Shown: in pieces, positions 48,136-58,935 of the stretch | Layout of the letters: every line of letters starts with the position of its first letter | Numbering within the stretch: position 1 is the stretch's first letter | Virus record (IMG/VR): IMGVR_UViG_3300021093_000006 | DNA: 64,000 nt | Strand: one strand, 5' to 3' | Origin: a virus | Program-made: the position numbers and the translations under genes | The notes under the pieces: generated by a model | Seen by the model: only the letters and a program-made list of their open reading frames with translations | The model's database searches: none | Told to the model about the DNA's origin: nothing

Positions 48136-48814
48136 TTTTCCATTTCCATTTAAATCCTCCTGCGCTTTTTCTATCACCATTACAAACCATTCTTAAACCA
48201 TTCCTATTTATACCTAGTTCGTCTGTGACAGATTTCATACTAACCCAAGATTTTATTATATTATTATCTCCATCCATTTGTATGATGGGTTTGTATTTTA
48301 ATTCAATACAATGTTTTGATTGTTTTTTACCGTACATAGAATTTTTTTCACCCATTCTATGTTTAGACAGTCGTTTACGACCTTCTTTTGTTAATCTGCG
48401 TTTTTGTGCACCTAACCTCATTCGTTTAATAGTTTCTTCACTATAAACCCTTCCTTTTAATTTTTCTGATATTTTTTTATTAACTTCTGTACCGAAATTA
48501 CCCCCGTCACCACCATTTGTTAGGTTGGTTAATTTAAACCCCCACGTTTTAAATAATGATATCCAATAACTTTCCCAAAAACCCCATTGTGAAGTTTCTA
48601 CAACATCTATTATTTGTAAAATAGGTTTTTTGCCTTCATTTATTAATGATGATATCCAGTTATTTTTATATGTGTTGTTTTTTTTTGATTTTGATAGGTG
48701 TTGTGTAAACCTTTTATATGGTGTATCTGATTTACCTACATACCTAACCTCACCCGTAGTAGGATCATTTAATGTATATAAATAAGTTATATTACTAACA
48801 CCCAATATTTCCAT
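48122..48814 (-). mobile_element. Free-standing GIY-YIG homing endonuclease with NUMOD3 and NUMOD1 DNA-binding modules
   Basis: YLY.L.DP....RYVGKS....R..QH and E.YWI..F...G..LTN; NUMOD3 KISEKLKGR..SEETIKRM; NUMOD1 KPIIQ...CNG.RKSAGGFKW. Confidence 0.9.
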
Positions 48815-48860
48815 AATAATGATATAGTTTTATAATAAATATATCATTATATTAAAAAGA

Positions 48861-49298
48861 TTATTTTTTAGACTTATGGAATTTAAATATATTATTATTC
48901 TCAAAACAATTATTTATGATGTCATAAATAATATTTTTTGTGTTTTCTATAATTATTGGTTGATTAATAGGTAAATTCTTTTTTTGGAATAGTGTTATTT
49001 CACATGACATAAAACTTCTTTTACTAATGTCGAAACCCGAACTCCTCATGTCTAAATCTACGATATACTTATCATTATAAAATAAATTTTTATCGAGATT
49101 ATTATTTAAGTTTTGTTTTATTTTTTTTCTGACACCACTTAAAAAAGTATCATAGTTTTGTCCTTTATTGTCTTCATATATTTCCCCCCACGCAGTAAAG
49201 TTTAAATATAAACTTTTTGATTCTTTATTATTTACTGTCCCTATTTTAGTTTTGTAGTTGTTTAATAAATCTAATTTGATTTCTTTTCCTAATTTCAT
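48861..49298 (-). CDS. Hypothetical protein
   Basis: 145 aa ORF between portal region and protease. Confidence 0.65.
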   Translation of the reverse strand: MKLGKEIKLDLLNNYKTKIGTVNNKESKSLYLNFTAWGEIYEDNKGQNYDTFLSGVRKKIKQNLNNNLDKNLFYNDKYIVDLDMRSSGFDISKRSFMSCEITLFQKKNLPINQPIIIENTKNIIYDIINNCFENNNIFKFHKSKK

Positions 49299-49377
49299 TA
49301 ATTCTTTTATTCATACTATGTTATTTAAAGATTTAATAAAAAATAGTGAAAAAAAATAAAAATGTCAAATTATGTTA

Positions 49378-49403
49378 AAAAAAAACCCTCTATCAGAGGG
49401 TTA
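49378..49403 (-). terminator. Intrinsic terminator
   Basis: Minus strand AACCCTCT-GAT-AGAGGGTT followed by a T tract, just after the stop at 49407. Confidence 0.8.
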
Positions 49404-49406
49404 ATT

Positions 49407-50174
49407 TTATTCGTTGTCAATTGTTTCTTTTAAATTATATAATTTAATAACATCATTTAAAAAATTATCTTTTTCGTATTTTGTATTTAATAATTTATCT
49501 TTTACTTTAAGTAATTTATTTTTAAGTTCTAAATCAACATTTTCAGTTAATTTTTTATCTACAGAATCAATACATTCTCTTATAACATTTTTAAAAGTTG
49601 TAAGTTTATTACTTTTATCATTTAATATTGTTTTAATTAATTTTTTATCTGATTCATTAATATCTTTATATTTTTCATTAAATTTATTTACTAATAATTT
49701 TGTTAATATACTAGGTGGTACATCTATTACATCTATTTTATCGTCATTTTTTTTTATAGATGTCATATGATTAATTAATTTATTTATAGTTTCGTTAATT
49801 TTATCTATATTAGAAGGATTTTTTTTTGTGATAGATAGATAAATAATATTTTCATAGAATTCATTATTTTCTTTAACTATTTCTTTACCTTTTAATAATT
49901 TTAACAAATCTAAATTACTTTTTTCTATTTCTTTTTTATTAATTTTCTTTAATAAATTAATGTTCTCTTTAATATATTCTTTAGCCTCTAATTTATCGTT
50001 AAATTTTTTAGATTCTAAATTTTTATAAATTAAAAATTGATTTTTTAAAGTAATATTTTCTTTTAAATTTTTTAAAAAGGTTGTAAACAATTTTTTACCG
50101 TTTTCATCTTTTTTTACTACAGATTCTAAAATAATTTTTTTGAAGGTGTCTTTTATATTTCCAAAATTTTCCAT
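49407..50174 (-). CDS. Hypothetical helical Lys/Asn-rich protein downstream of portal
   Basis: 255 aa; MENFGNIK...IILES. Confidence 0.65.
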   Translation of the reverse strand: MENFGNIKDTFKKIILESVVKKDENGKKLFTTFLKNLKENITLKNQFLIYKNLESKKFNDKLEAKEYIKENINLLKKINKKEIEKSNLDLLKLLKGKEIVKENNEFYENIIYLSITKKNPSNIDKINETINKLINHMTSIKKNDDKIDVIDVPPSILTKLLVNKFNEKYKDINESDKKLIKTILNDKSNKLTTFKNVIRECIDSVDKKLTENVDLELKNKLLKVKDKLLNTKYEKDNFLNDVIKLYNLKETIDNE

Positions 50175-50214
50175 AAGTGTTTTTATTAATAAATATTGAT
50201 TAAAATAAAAAAAA

Positions 50215-52113
50215 TTAATTAATCATATCGTTAATTTGATTTGTAATCTCATTAATTTTAGAATTAAGTTTATTTGCACTCTTCTCAACATCCTCTAAAT
50301 TATAGATATTTTCATTTTTTTCTAAACTTTCAGACAATCTTTTAAGATAGATTCCTTGATATTTTTTAACTTTTTCAGTATAAAGTTTTCTTTTTTCCTC
50401 TAATAATAAATTATCTTTTTTATTAATCGACTCTTCCGTTGGTGATGCACCTGCTGGTTCCGCTGCTGGTTCCGCTGCTGGTTCTGCACCTGCACCCACA
50501 TCTCCACCCACATCTCCACCTGTATCTCCACCAGCACCTGCCTCAGCTTCTCCTGCACCAGATACTAATGCATCAAAATCACCATAAAGTCTATCCACTC
50601 TGTCGAATAAACCTGTCTTTTTAATAACTTCAGCAGTTTGTTCCATTTCTGCTGCAGCTGCCTTTTCTAATCTTTGTTGTTCTAAATCATTCCTAATTTC
50701 TTCTTCTGACATACCTAATATTTCTTTTTTAGCTCTAGTCATAGACATTGCACCAAATCCATTACCCGCATCTACAACACAATCTTTATATAAAGTTACT
50801 TTTAACTGTGTTTGTTCTATTTTTAACATTTCGGCTTGTGTAGATGGATTATTCAATGTTAAAGAAAAATTTTCTAATTCATCCTCTAAACCTAAAATAT
50901 ATAAATGTATTATCGCAATTTTATTTAATTCTTGTAACATTGATTGTTGTATCCTATTAATTGTTCTAGCAAATCTAATATCTTGTAGTGCCAAATTTTT
51001 ACCATCACCATTAACTTCCTCAAAACCTAAAAAAGGTTTAGGGACTCTAAGTGCGGTAAATAATTTTTTTTGTAAATATTGTATATCTGCAATTTCAGAT
51101 AAATTAGTTGCACCCGCTAAAGTATCTATTGGGCTAGGTGCATTTGGATCTCTAACTGGTATAAAGTAATCCTGATCTTGAGCCATTTGATTATATCTAC
51201 TGTCTATCTGTCCAGTTTTTTGATCAATAACCGCACTTCTTTTAAAATTGTTAGCAATTTTATTAACATACGCAGGAACATCCTGCTCATCAATATTACC
51301 AACATAGATTTTAAATATTCTTCTTTCAGGTGCCCTAGTTACTCTATATATTAACATTGCATCTTCTGACAATAATAATTGTTTCCATATTCTTCTAGCC
51401 TTTTCTAACATAGAAGTCCCATAAGGTAATCTTCTGTCATCACCTAATAATCTAAAATGGGCAACTTGCCAAGCATTAAATTCGATATCTCTTTGACCCC
51501 ATACAAATTTTACTGGATTATATTTATCGGTTTCTGCGTTCATAGAATTTTCACCAAAACCTTCGTTTTCTTTTCTAGCAATTTCTATATTAGGTAATTG
51601 TTTAACCCCTAAAATACCATCTTCACTATCTATATTTAAAAATAAAAAATTATCCCCATATTTACATGTATTTCTTGTCCACATCGGTAACGATGTATGA
51701 ATATCTAATCTATTAAAAAATAAGTCTTCTAAAATTCTTCTAACTCTTTTACTTTCAGAAAAAATACTAATCATTTTATTTTCTGAATTTAAAGTAGTTG
51801 ATTCTTCCATCATAATATCTAAAGCTGCCGATATTTCTGGGAAAAACTCCATACCCTCAAAATCAGCATATGATGCCAATCTAGTTGTTTCATAATAAAC
51901 AGAGTGTTGGTATATCTCATTATCAACTTTCTGCCACATATTAGATAGATAAGCATCTTGTTGCCTTTTTAATTTCTCTACCTCATACTCCTCTTTTGAT
52001 TTAGTTTTTAATAGTTCTTTATCGTTAATAGAATATCTAGACTTATTTTCTTGTTTTTTAATTTCTGGTCCAAATAAATCACTTAACTGTTGGAATATTG
52101 TTTTTCTTGCCAT
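50215..52113 (-). CDS. Portal protein, T4 gp20-like
   Basis: FPEISAALDI..EE, PYGTSMLEKARR.WKQL.L.EDA..IYR..RAPERRIF...VGN, DYFIP, DI.Y.QKKLF.AL.VP, EDIRFAR-like QDIRFAR. Confidence 0.96.
   Translation of the reverse strand: MARKTIFQQLSDLFGPEIKKQENKSRYSINDKELLKTKSKEEYEVEKLKRQQDAYLSNMWQKVDNEIYQHSVYYETTRLASYADFEGMEFFPEISAALDIMMEESTTLNSENKMISIFSESKRVRRILEDLFFNRLDIHTSLPMWTRNTCKYGDNFLFLNIDSEDGILGVKQLPNIEIARKENEGFGENSMNAETDKYNPVKFVWGQRDIEFNAWQVAHFRLLGDDRRLPYGTSMLEKARRIWKQLLLSEDAMLIYRVTRAPERRIFKIYVGNIDEQDVPAYVNKIANNFKRSAVIDQKTGQIDSRYNQMAQDQDYFIPVRDPNAPSPIDTLAGATNLSEIADIQYLQKKLFTALRVPKPFLGFEEVNGDGKNLALQDIRFARTINRIQQSMLQELNKIAIIHLYILGLEDELENFSLTLNNPSTQAEMLKIEQTQLKVTLYKDCVVDAGNGFGAMSMTRAKKEILGMSEEEIRNDLEQQRLEKAAAAEMEQTAEVIKKTGLFDRVDRLYGDFDALVSGAGEAEAGAGGDTGGDVGGDVGAGAEPAAEPAAEPAGASPTEESINKKDNLLLEEKRKLYTEKVKKYQGIYLKRLSESLEKNENIYNLEDVEKSANKLNSKINEITNQINDMIN
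50455..50530. repeat. Short 12-bp tandem repeats in the portal C-terminal linker
   Basis: GCTGGTTCCGCT x2-3 (EPAA) and CCCACATCTCCA x2 (GGDV); low-complexity linker. Confidence 0.7.
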
Positions 52114-52166
52114 TATATAATTTTTTTATTACTATTATAATAAATATCTAAAAAAAATAAATGTTA

Positions 52167-53957
52167 TTATAATCCGAATAACCAGTTATATTCACCGTTA
52201 TCGTTAGTATCATTATTTTGTTTTGGATGGTATGTTGGGGTATTACTATAAAATGGATTTACATAATTAGTATTAGTTAGTGGTTTTGTCGGATTATTAT
52301 TCGATACATTAACCCAACTTTCTAACATAGCCTTTGTTTGTTTCTCAACCTGTTCTAACTTTTTAAAAGATGTTTGGACCACAAAAATACACATAGCAAA
52401 TGCCATAATTATATCATCGTGATATCCCTCCATATGATCGGGTCTACCATTTTTATAAACAAAAGTCCTCAATTCAGATATCATTCTTTGTGATCTTATT
52501 ATGGTTTTATTTTCTCTAATATGTTCCTCTAATTCAGAAACCATATGTAGACGCGTGTTACCCACATTAAATCCAGGAATTTTATCTCCCTCTTTAAATT
52601 TTGTTTTAGAGTATTTCTCACTAAGTTTTCTACTTTTAGGATCATCATAATGTAAATACTTATAATCCATTTCCATTAGTTTTAAAACTGTTGGCACTCC
52701 CATACCACCAGTAATATCTATGATAGTATATGCGTTATACATATTACCATATTTATAAACTATCTCTGCTAACATATCGGGAGGCAATTTAAACTGAAAT
52801 TCTGCAACCTGTTCTAAATTTTCAAAATCTAAAATTACTATTGTGGAACTATCTTTACCATCACCTCTACTAACATCGACACCCATTATGTATTTGTGCC
52901 CTACTTCAGGTTTTTTCCATATCCACATAGATTTTTCTACTTCCGCAGCAAATTCTGGATCCTTAACATAATTTTCTTCGTGATAAGAAATATATTCATT
53001 ATCCATTACATTACCCGCTGAACCAATAAATGAAACATCAAGTTCTTGCGCGATTTTTTTTGAGTCACCCATATCTGCCGCCATTTCTTCATACCAAGGG
53101 GATAAAGGTTTCCAACCCTCTTTAATCATTACTTCGTAATACTCTATAGTAGATTCATCAGTTTCATATATTTTATCCATATATTCCCACCTTAATTTAG
53201 TTCTATCCAACGTATTACATTTAATAATTTCATCTTCACCTCTTTTCCAATATAGATTTCTATTATATCTAACATCTTGATACCACTTCATCTCAACAAT
53301 GTTGAAGTTATTGTCCTTTTTCTTAGCACCATCATATGTTTTATAATAAAGTGGATCCATACCGTTAGGTGTTGATATAAGTGATATTTTACCACCTGTA
53401 CCTAATGAAGCTAAAGCAGCGCCAAAAACTTCTGAACCGTTATCGATAAACGCTGCCTCATCCATAACTAAAAATGTAGGGGTAAAACCCCTTAACGCAT
53501 CTTTAGAAGTTGCAAGTGCTCTAATTTCACAACCATTTGATTTTAATTTTATATGCCCTTTTGAGTTAATTTCTAAATAATCTTCACTTTCATCTAACCC
53601 CCAAACCCAATAAGGTATTTGGTCTAAAAAGTCTTTAACTTTTTTAAGGAATTCTTGCGCTAATGTTTGTTTATTGGCTAATATCAATACTTTATGTGGG
53701 TTATCAGGATCACCAAATGCAGTCTTAACTGTAATATATGCGGCAGTAGTAGTAGATACACCTGCCTGTCGAGGTTTAGTAACTAAATTACGATTATACT
53801 TCTCATACGATTTAATTATTTCTTTTTGTTTGTAAAATAATTTAAATGGTACATTACCACTTTGCGTCAAATCGAATGTTTTTAAAAAAGTTTCTATTGC
53901 GTAAATTGGGTCACCTAAACTACGAGCATATACTTTTAATTGTTCCGCTCTTTCCAT
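52167..53957 (-). CDS. Terminase large subunit, T4 gp17-like
   Basis: KPRQAGVST, LVMDEAAF, ISTPNG, GVDVSRGDG.D.S, HDDIIMAFA. Confidence 0.96.
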   Translation of the reverse strand: MERAEQLKVYARSLGDPIYAIETFLKTFDLTQSGNVPFKLFYKQKEIIKSYEKYNRNLVTKPRQAGVSTTTAAYITVKTAFGDPDNPHKVLILANKQTLAQEFLKKVKDFLDQIPYWVWGLDESEDYLEINSKGHIKLKSNGCEIRALATSKDALRGFTPTFLVMDEAAFIDNGSEVFGAALASLGTGGKISLISTPNGMDPLYYKTYDGAKKKDNNFNIVEMKWYQDVRYNRNLYWKRGEDEIIKCNTLDRTKLRWEYMDKIYETDESTIEYYEVMIKEGWKPLSPWYEEMAADMGDSKKIAQELDVSFIGSAGNVMDNEYISYHEENYVKDPEFAAEVEKSMWIWKKPEVGHKYIMGVDVSRGDGKDSSTIVILDFENLEQVAEFQFKLPPDMLAEIVYKYGNMYNAYTIIDITGGMGVPTVLKLMEMDYKYLHYDDPKSRKLSEKYSKTKFKEGDKIPGFNVGNTRLHMVSELEEHIRENKTIIRSQRMISELRTFVYKNGRPDHMEGYHDDIIMAFAMCIFVVQTSFKKLEQVEKQTKAMLESWVNVSNNNPTKPLTNTNYVNPFYSNTPTYHPKQNNDTNDNGEYNWLFGL

Positions 53958-53986
53958 AACATTTTATATATAAATATGGTTATAGA

Positions 53987-54841
53987 TTAAAAAGCAATTA
54001 AATTACCATTTTCCCATTCATCATAATTAGGACCAAATGTATAAGTAACATTGTTACCTGACCCTATTTTTTGTATAATACCTGCCATATTTAATGCACT
54101 CCAAAATGTAGCATGTTGACCACCACCTAACGGTGAACCTATATATTTTAAAAATCCTTTTTTTGTTTTTATTTTTTCTGATGTATCTTTTAAATAATTA
54201 ATCACATCTCTAACCATAGAATCTTCTCTTTTATTAAAAGTAAATCCTTTATTTTTTGGGATTAATAATAACCCGTTTTCTTCCGCATATCTTTTAACTT
54301 TTTCAAAGGTTCTTTTTTTTCCTAAGTGTAATTTATCCGTAATAATAGATAATTTTCTTATAGCATCTTTAACAGTATATTTATTAAACATTATAGGTAT
54401 TACTCTATCTAATGAGGATTCTAATAATTCAACTAAAAAATTATTACGATAGGAATATGGTAATTTTAATTTTAAATTAAGTAGTTTATAAAAATTATTT
54501 AAAACATCTTCCTTATTTCTAACTAAAGACATTGAGTAATTTTCAATAATATAATCAAACATTGGGTAAAATAATTCATAATCCCTCAAATAAGTGTTAT
54601 AGAAATAACCTGATTTAAATTTTTCTAAAAAAATATTATAAAGTTCTGTATCATTTTGTACAACATTTAAAACACTATTAGGATTTTTGTCATCATTAAA
54701 ATGAAAAATTCTATAAAAAACATCTAAAAAGACAGAGGGGTTAGTCCAATCATCTGAAACTTTTTTAAATTCTTCTATTTCATCTTCATAAGTTTCAGAT
54801 AATAGTCTTTTATATTGATTTTCGGATATAATTATTTTCAT
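53987..54841 (-). CDS. Hypothetical protein with leader MKIIISENQYKRLLSE
   Basis: 284 aa ORF. Confidence 0.65.
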   Translation of the reverse strand: MKIIISENQYKRLLSETYEDEIEEFKKVSDDWTNPSVFLDVFYRIFHFNDDKNPNSVLNVVQNDTELYNIFLEKFKSGYFYNTYLRDYELFYPMFDYIIENYSMSLVRNKEDVLNNFYKLLNLKLKLPYSYRNNFLVELLESSLDRVIPIMFNKYTVKDAIRKLSIITDKLHLGKKRTFEKVKRYAEENGLLLIPKNKGFTFNKREDSMVRDVINYLKDTSEKIKTKKGFLKYIGSPLGGGQHATFWSALNMAGIIQKIGSGNNVTYTFGPNYDEWENGNLIAF

Positions 54842-55878
54842 AAATTACTTATTATATTTTCATTCATATTTTCCGCAACTAGTGTACTATCAGGATAGAA
54901 ATAACCCATATCTGGTGTCACAATTTCATCATCTTCACAATTTAATGTTTCACACATTACTCCAGTTACAAAATAATTCTCTTGTGTTCCAGGCATTTCA
55001 CCTTTACATGATAGATATCTCACTAAAAAGTCATAAAAAATATCAGTTACATCTACACGTAATTTATTTTTATCATCCCATTTAGGTTTATCACCAATTA
55101 AAGAAGTTATGTGATCACGTAAAATATCAAAGATTTCAGATTCACCTGCCGCCTCATATGCCCATCTATATGCATTTTCTAATTCATTCCTTAAATCATA
55201 AAATAATTCATCCTCATCTATTAATTCTAACAAAGTATCTACATCACTAACCATTTCTTCTGTCAATACTGAAGTTTCCTCCCCCTCAAATGAGATATTA
55301 TACTGATTATTTTCTAGTTCTTTACCTATTAAACCTTCTTCTTTAATATAATTTTGAATATGTTTTATTGATTTTTCATCTAAATTGTCTTTTACATCGT
55401 TTGAGAAATCAACATCAAACCAACCATACAATTCTGCCCAATCAGGATTTAAAACTCTATCTGCTAAATTGGTGTCATCGAATAAACAACTAAAATCTGA
55501 CCATTCATCTAATATGGCAATAAATCTTTCACCCACTACTTCTATATCTCTAAATGCGATAGGGAACGAATTTGGATCTTTAAGATATGTATCTAACCAC
55601 CCACTATTTTTTAAAATTGACATTAAATCATCCGCAAAAACATAATATGTTATATCTTCAAAACCTATTTCAGTAGTTGGGTCAACACCTTCACTCATAT
55701 AATACTCAAATATTATTGTATATGCTTCAGTATTTGTTAAATTAAAATTTTCTTTCAAATCTTCCCTAATATCATCAACATTTCCTTCATAATGTGAAAA
55801 AATACTATGTATATACCTTAAAATCCTCTTAGGTGGGTTAGTATTTTCTCTTAATATTTTTTTTATAATATTTCTCAT
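54838..55878 (-). CDS. Acidic hypothetical protein with leader MRNIIKKILRE
   Basis: The track ORF starts at 55917 inside a terminator hairpin; ATG 55878, preceded by an ATATTTAT motif, is more plausible. Confidence 0.65.
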   Translation of the reverse strand: MRNIIKKILRENTNPPKRILRYIHSIFSHYEGNVDDIREDLKENFNLTNTEAYTIIFEYYMSEGVDPTTEIGFEDITYYVFADDLMSILKNSGWLDTYLKDPNSFPIAFRDIEVVGERFIAILDEWSDFSCLFDDTNLADRVLNPDWAELYGWFDVDFSNDVKDNLDEKSIKHIQNYIKEEGLIGKELENNQYNISFEGEETSVLTEEMVSDVDTLLELIDEDELFYDLRNELENAYRWAYEAAGESEIFDILRDHITSLIGDKPKWDDKNKLRVDVTDIFYDFLVRYLSCKGEMPGTQENYFVTGVMCETLNCEDDEIVTPDMGYFYPDSTLVAENMNENIISNL

Positions 55879-55900
55879 ATAGTAATAAATATTATCGTAC

Positions 55901-55928
55901 AAAAAAAAATCCCACATTAAGTGGGATT
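55901..55928 (-). terminator. Intrinsic terminator
   Basis: Minus strand AATCCCAC-TTAAT-GTGGGATT followed by a long T tract. Confidence 0.8.
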
Positions 55929-55947
55929 AACTTTTTTATATATTTTT

Positions 55948-57372
55948 TTACATAAATTTATGTAGTTTTTCTACTAAATCAAAATCTCCTGAATCTAATG
56001 CCTGATTAATTAATTCCTCAATCTCTCTTTTAGACATTTTAGAATAATCTACTTCTGTATCATCATCTTCTTCTTCGGTTTCAGGTTCTTGCCCTAAATG
56101 ACTTAATATATCATCCATATCATCATATCCTGTGTCATTAAACATATCAGTTAAACTATCACCACTATCTTCTTGATGTAATCTTTTTAGAGTATCTACT
56201 ACTTCACCACATTTTTGACTGCCACTTAAAATTTCTTTCATAAATTCGTGAAATTGTTTTGCTGGTAATTTAGTTAATTCTCTGAATAACCATTGTTTTA
56301 TGTCATAATTTTCTGTACCAATACAATCTAAGAATTTTTCCCACATACCTGGACCTAATCTCATTCCCCATATTTCACCTTCATCTGTATCAGCCTTTTC
56401 AATAACTTCTTTTTGTTCATCAAAATCTAAATGACCGTCAGCCCAATTCAATGCCGCCAATTCTAAAGCCCCTTTAATTAATTCGTGAACTAAAAGAGGG
56501 AATATCCAAGCTTTTGCAACTACAACAGGCATATCATCACCTTCTTCTAAGTTAATGTCTTCCATATCTTCCTCTTCATCTTTATTTTCAGGTTTCTCAG
56601 CCTTTCTCCATTCTATTTTTTCAACACCACCAACTTGACCAGTCATCATAGTATCAGGAATTACCCAATATTGGAAATCTGCCAATGACATTAATTTACC
56701 GTAAAGTCCCATTAATCTTGGATCTATTGCGTCTAATTCATCTGCTACCATATGAAATATATAATGACCTTTTTTAGATGCCCCTTGCATTAATGAATTT
56801 ATTACTCTTCTTTTATCCACCTCTAACTCTAATTCTTCCATTCTTTCAGCACTTTTAGGTTGTTTAGGTATATTAGGTTGCGGTGAATCATCATCATCGT
56901 CTTCTTCCTCTTCTTCTCTATGACTTAATGGTGATCCTGGAGGACTTAAAGTAGCCTCCAACATTTGTTCTGGTAAATCAAATTCTTCTGAAACGATATC
57001 TACTGCCAATCTTTCTAACGCTTCTTTATGTCTAGTTTCTATTTGACTTATTTCACCCATTATTTGAAACATCATTTGCATCATATTAGGTGTTATATTT
57101 CTAATCCCATGATATCTTTTAACTTTGTTAACTATTTCCTTAAATCTTTGTCCAGCTAATTTTTCAGAATAATTTTGTGTGTCTGAACCTACAGGTAATG
57201 ATTTACTTCTACCAAAAATATGTTCACCACTTCTTAATTTACCTTCTAATCCTGGATGCATTCTTTCTGGATGTTCTGGATCATATTCTACCGCTTCACT
57301 TATTCTTTTAATTCTAACCTTTTCTGAAAGAACTCTTTTAGTTACTTCGTTAATAATATTTTTTCTTTTCAT
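55948..57372 (-). CDS. Hypothetical acidic helical protein, possibly head-associated
   Basis: 474 aa; leader MKRKNIINEVTKRVLSE; motif-like core LVHELIKG. Confidence 0.65.
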   Translation of the reverse strand: MKRKNIINEVTKRVLSEKVRIKRISEAVEYDPEHPERMHPGLEGKLRSGEHIFGRSKSLPVGSDTQNYSEKLAGQRFKEIVNKVKRYHGIRNITPNMMQMMFQIMGEISQIETRHKEALERLAVDIVSEEFDLPEQMLEATLSPPGSPLSHREEEEEDDDDDSPQPNIPKQPKSAERMEELELEVDKRRVINSLMQGASKKGHYIFHMVADELDAIDPRLMGLYGKLMSLADFQYWVIPDTMMTGQVGGVEKIEWRKAEKPENKDEEEDMEDINLEEGDDMPVVVAKAWIFPLLVHELIKGALELAALNWADGHLDFDEQKEVIEKADTDEGEIWGMRLGPGMWEKFLDCIGTENYDIKQWLFRELTKLPAKQFHEFMKEILSGSQKCGEVVDTLKRLHQEDSGDSLTDMFNDTGYDDMDDILSHLGQEPETEEEDDDTEVDYSKMSKREIEELINQALDSGDFDLVEKLHKFM

Positions 57373-57384
57373 AATATATTTATT

Positions 57385-58071
57385 TTATCTATTTCCGTAT
57401 AATGCCGTTGTCCACATTTTAAAACATTCTCCCGCCAATTGTTCAAAAACTCTTTGAACTTTTGGTAATTCAGGATCTTCTTCACCCCTATTTTCTAACC
57501 TAGTCAATGCCGCCCTTATTAAAATATCTCTAATTTTATTTTTATTTTCTAATAAATAGTTGATGTTTTCTAATTGACTTTGTAACATTTCTATATCACC
57601 ATCATTTTCACCTTCTTCATTATCATATTCTAAATCCTCTATTTCTGATTCTAATGATTCTGGATCTTTACTCATACCATATAACCATCTATGTAAATCT
57701 TCTTTAGTCCAGTTTAATATTGGGGATGACCCAAACATATTAATAACCCCACTTTGTCTTAATTGTTCAAAAAATCTAAATATTTCTCTTTTATCTAAGG
57801 AAGGTATTTCAGTAATAATAAAAACTTCGTCATTAGGTTGTTCCAATAACATATTTTTCATTTTACTGTTAATATATTCTACTAAATCTTTTTTTTTCAT
57901 TTTAGGTTTAACATTTTTACCCTTTTTTTTAGAATGTTTTACGTCTTTACACATTTCAGTAGCATTAGTTTTAGATATTTCCCTTTCAGATTTAGGTGCA
58001 TTCATTTGTGAACAAGCCCAACGTCTTTGTTTTTCAGTATACACTTCATTTAGAATATCTATTTTTTTCAT
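57385..58071 (-). CDS. Hypothetical protein
   Basis: 228 aa; leader MKKIDILNE; internal F.FFEQLRQSGVINMFG motif. Confidence 0.65.
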   Translation of the reverse strand: MKKIDILNEVYTEKQRRWACSQMNAPKSEREISKTNATEMCKDVKHSKKKGKNVKPKMKKKDLVEYINSKMKNMLLEQPNDEVFIITEIPSLDKREIFRFFEQLRQSGVINMFGSSPILNWTKEDLHRWLYGMSKDPESLESEIEDLEYDNEEGENDGDIEMLQSQLENINYLLENKNKIRDILIRAALTRLENRGEEDPELPKVQRVFEQLAGECFKMWTTALYGNR

Positions 58072-58526
58072 TTTTTTCTTCTAACACTAAAAGGTTTATT
58101 ATCATATTTTTCTAAGTATTTATTAAATAAAGATCTACCTTGTTCTTCATTAGGTGAATTAAAATCCCATTTATTTTTAGAATTTATACCATATTTACTT
58201 CCTCTAAATGAATCAAAATCACTATATTGTTCTTCATCATATTCATCATAATTAAAATCTCCTGACACATTACTTTTATCTACTTTATAAACATCATCAA
58301 AAGTACCGTAATATTCATCATCACTATCTTCTTCATTAACAGTTATTGATTTAATATTACCCTTTTCATCTTTTAGTCCGTAAGTTCCTGGTTTTACAGT
58401 AGATAAGTCAATTTCATCTTTTTTATAAACATCCATCTGCTCAACTTCGTCTATATATCTTTCCATTAATTTACGCCTAATTGCTCTTTTAATTTCGGAT
58501 TCGTAAAGTCTAATTTTATTTTTCAT
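58068..58526 (-). CDS. Hypothetical acidic protein
   Basis: 152 aa; leader MKNKIRLYESEIKRAIRRKLME. Confidence 0.65.
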   Translation of the reverse strand: MKNKIRLYESEIKRAIRRKLMERYIDEVEQMDVYKKDEIDLSTVKPGTYGLKDEKGNIKSITVNEEDSDDEYYGTFDDVYKVDKSNVSGDFNYDEYDEEQYSDFDSFRGSKYGINSKNKWDFNSPNEEQGRSLFNKYLEKYDNKPFSVRRKK

Positions 58527-58536
58527 TTTAAATAAT

Positions 58537-58935
58537 TTAAATATTTATTATTTCTTTTTCGTATTTAATAATTAAATCTTTTTCGTAAAGTTTATCCTCA
58601 ACAGAGTTGATAGGTTCGCCAAAGGTAAAAAATAATCTTTTTTCAGGATATTCATCATATCCCTCCATATTTTCCCACCCTAATGCAATTATACCGTCAA
58701 CCGCATCCCACATTGCGAAAGAATCTGATTCCTGCACTAAATCTAATTTTAATGTTGTGGTTAAATTACCTGATTTTTTAATAAATTTATTTTTTGGTGG
58801 TTCAGGATTTCCTGATGACGGATAAGAATCCCATCCATCCCCATCTATATCTTCTAAAGCATTAGAAAAGAGGAACTCATAAATGTAGTTCCCCTTCCAG
58901 TTTTGACCTATTTTATTTATATAAACTAAATACAT
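58537..58935 (-). CDS. Hypothetical protein
   Basis: 132 aa, overlapping stop/start with the upstream gene. Confidence 0.65.
   Translation of the reverse strand: MYLVYINKIGQNWKGNYIYEFLFSNALEDIDGDGWDSYPSSGNPEPPKNKFIKKSGNLTTTLKLDLVQESDSFAMWDAVDGIIALGWENMEGYDEYPEKRLFFTFGEPINSVEDKLYEKDLIIKYEKEIINI

Noticed and set aside
48122-48814. Group I intron in the protease gene
   Set aside because: The interval is almost entirely endonuclease ORF, with no room for P3-P9 core elements, so it is treated as a free-standing endonuclease.
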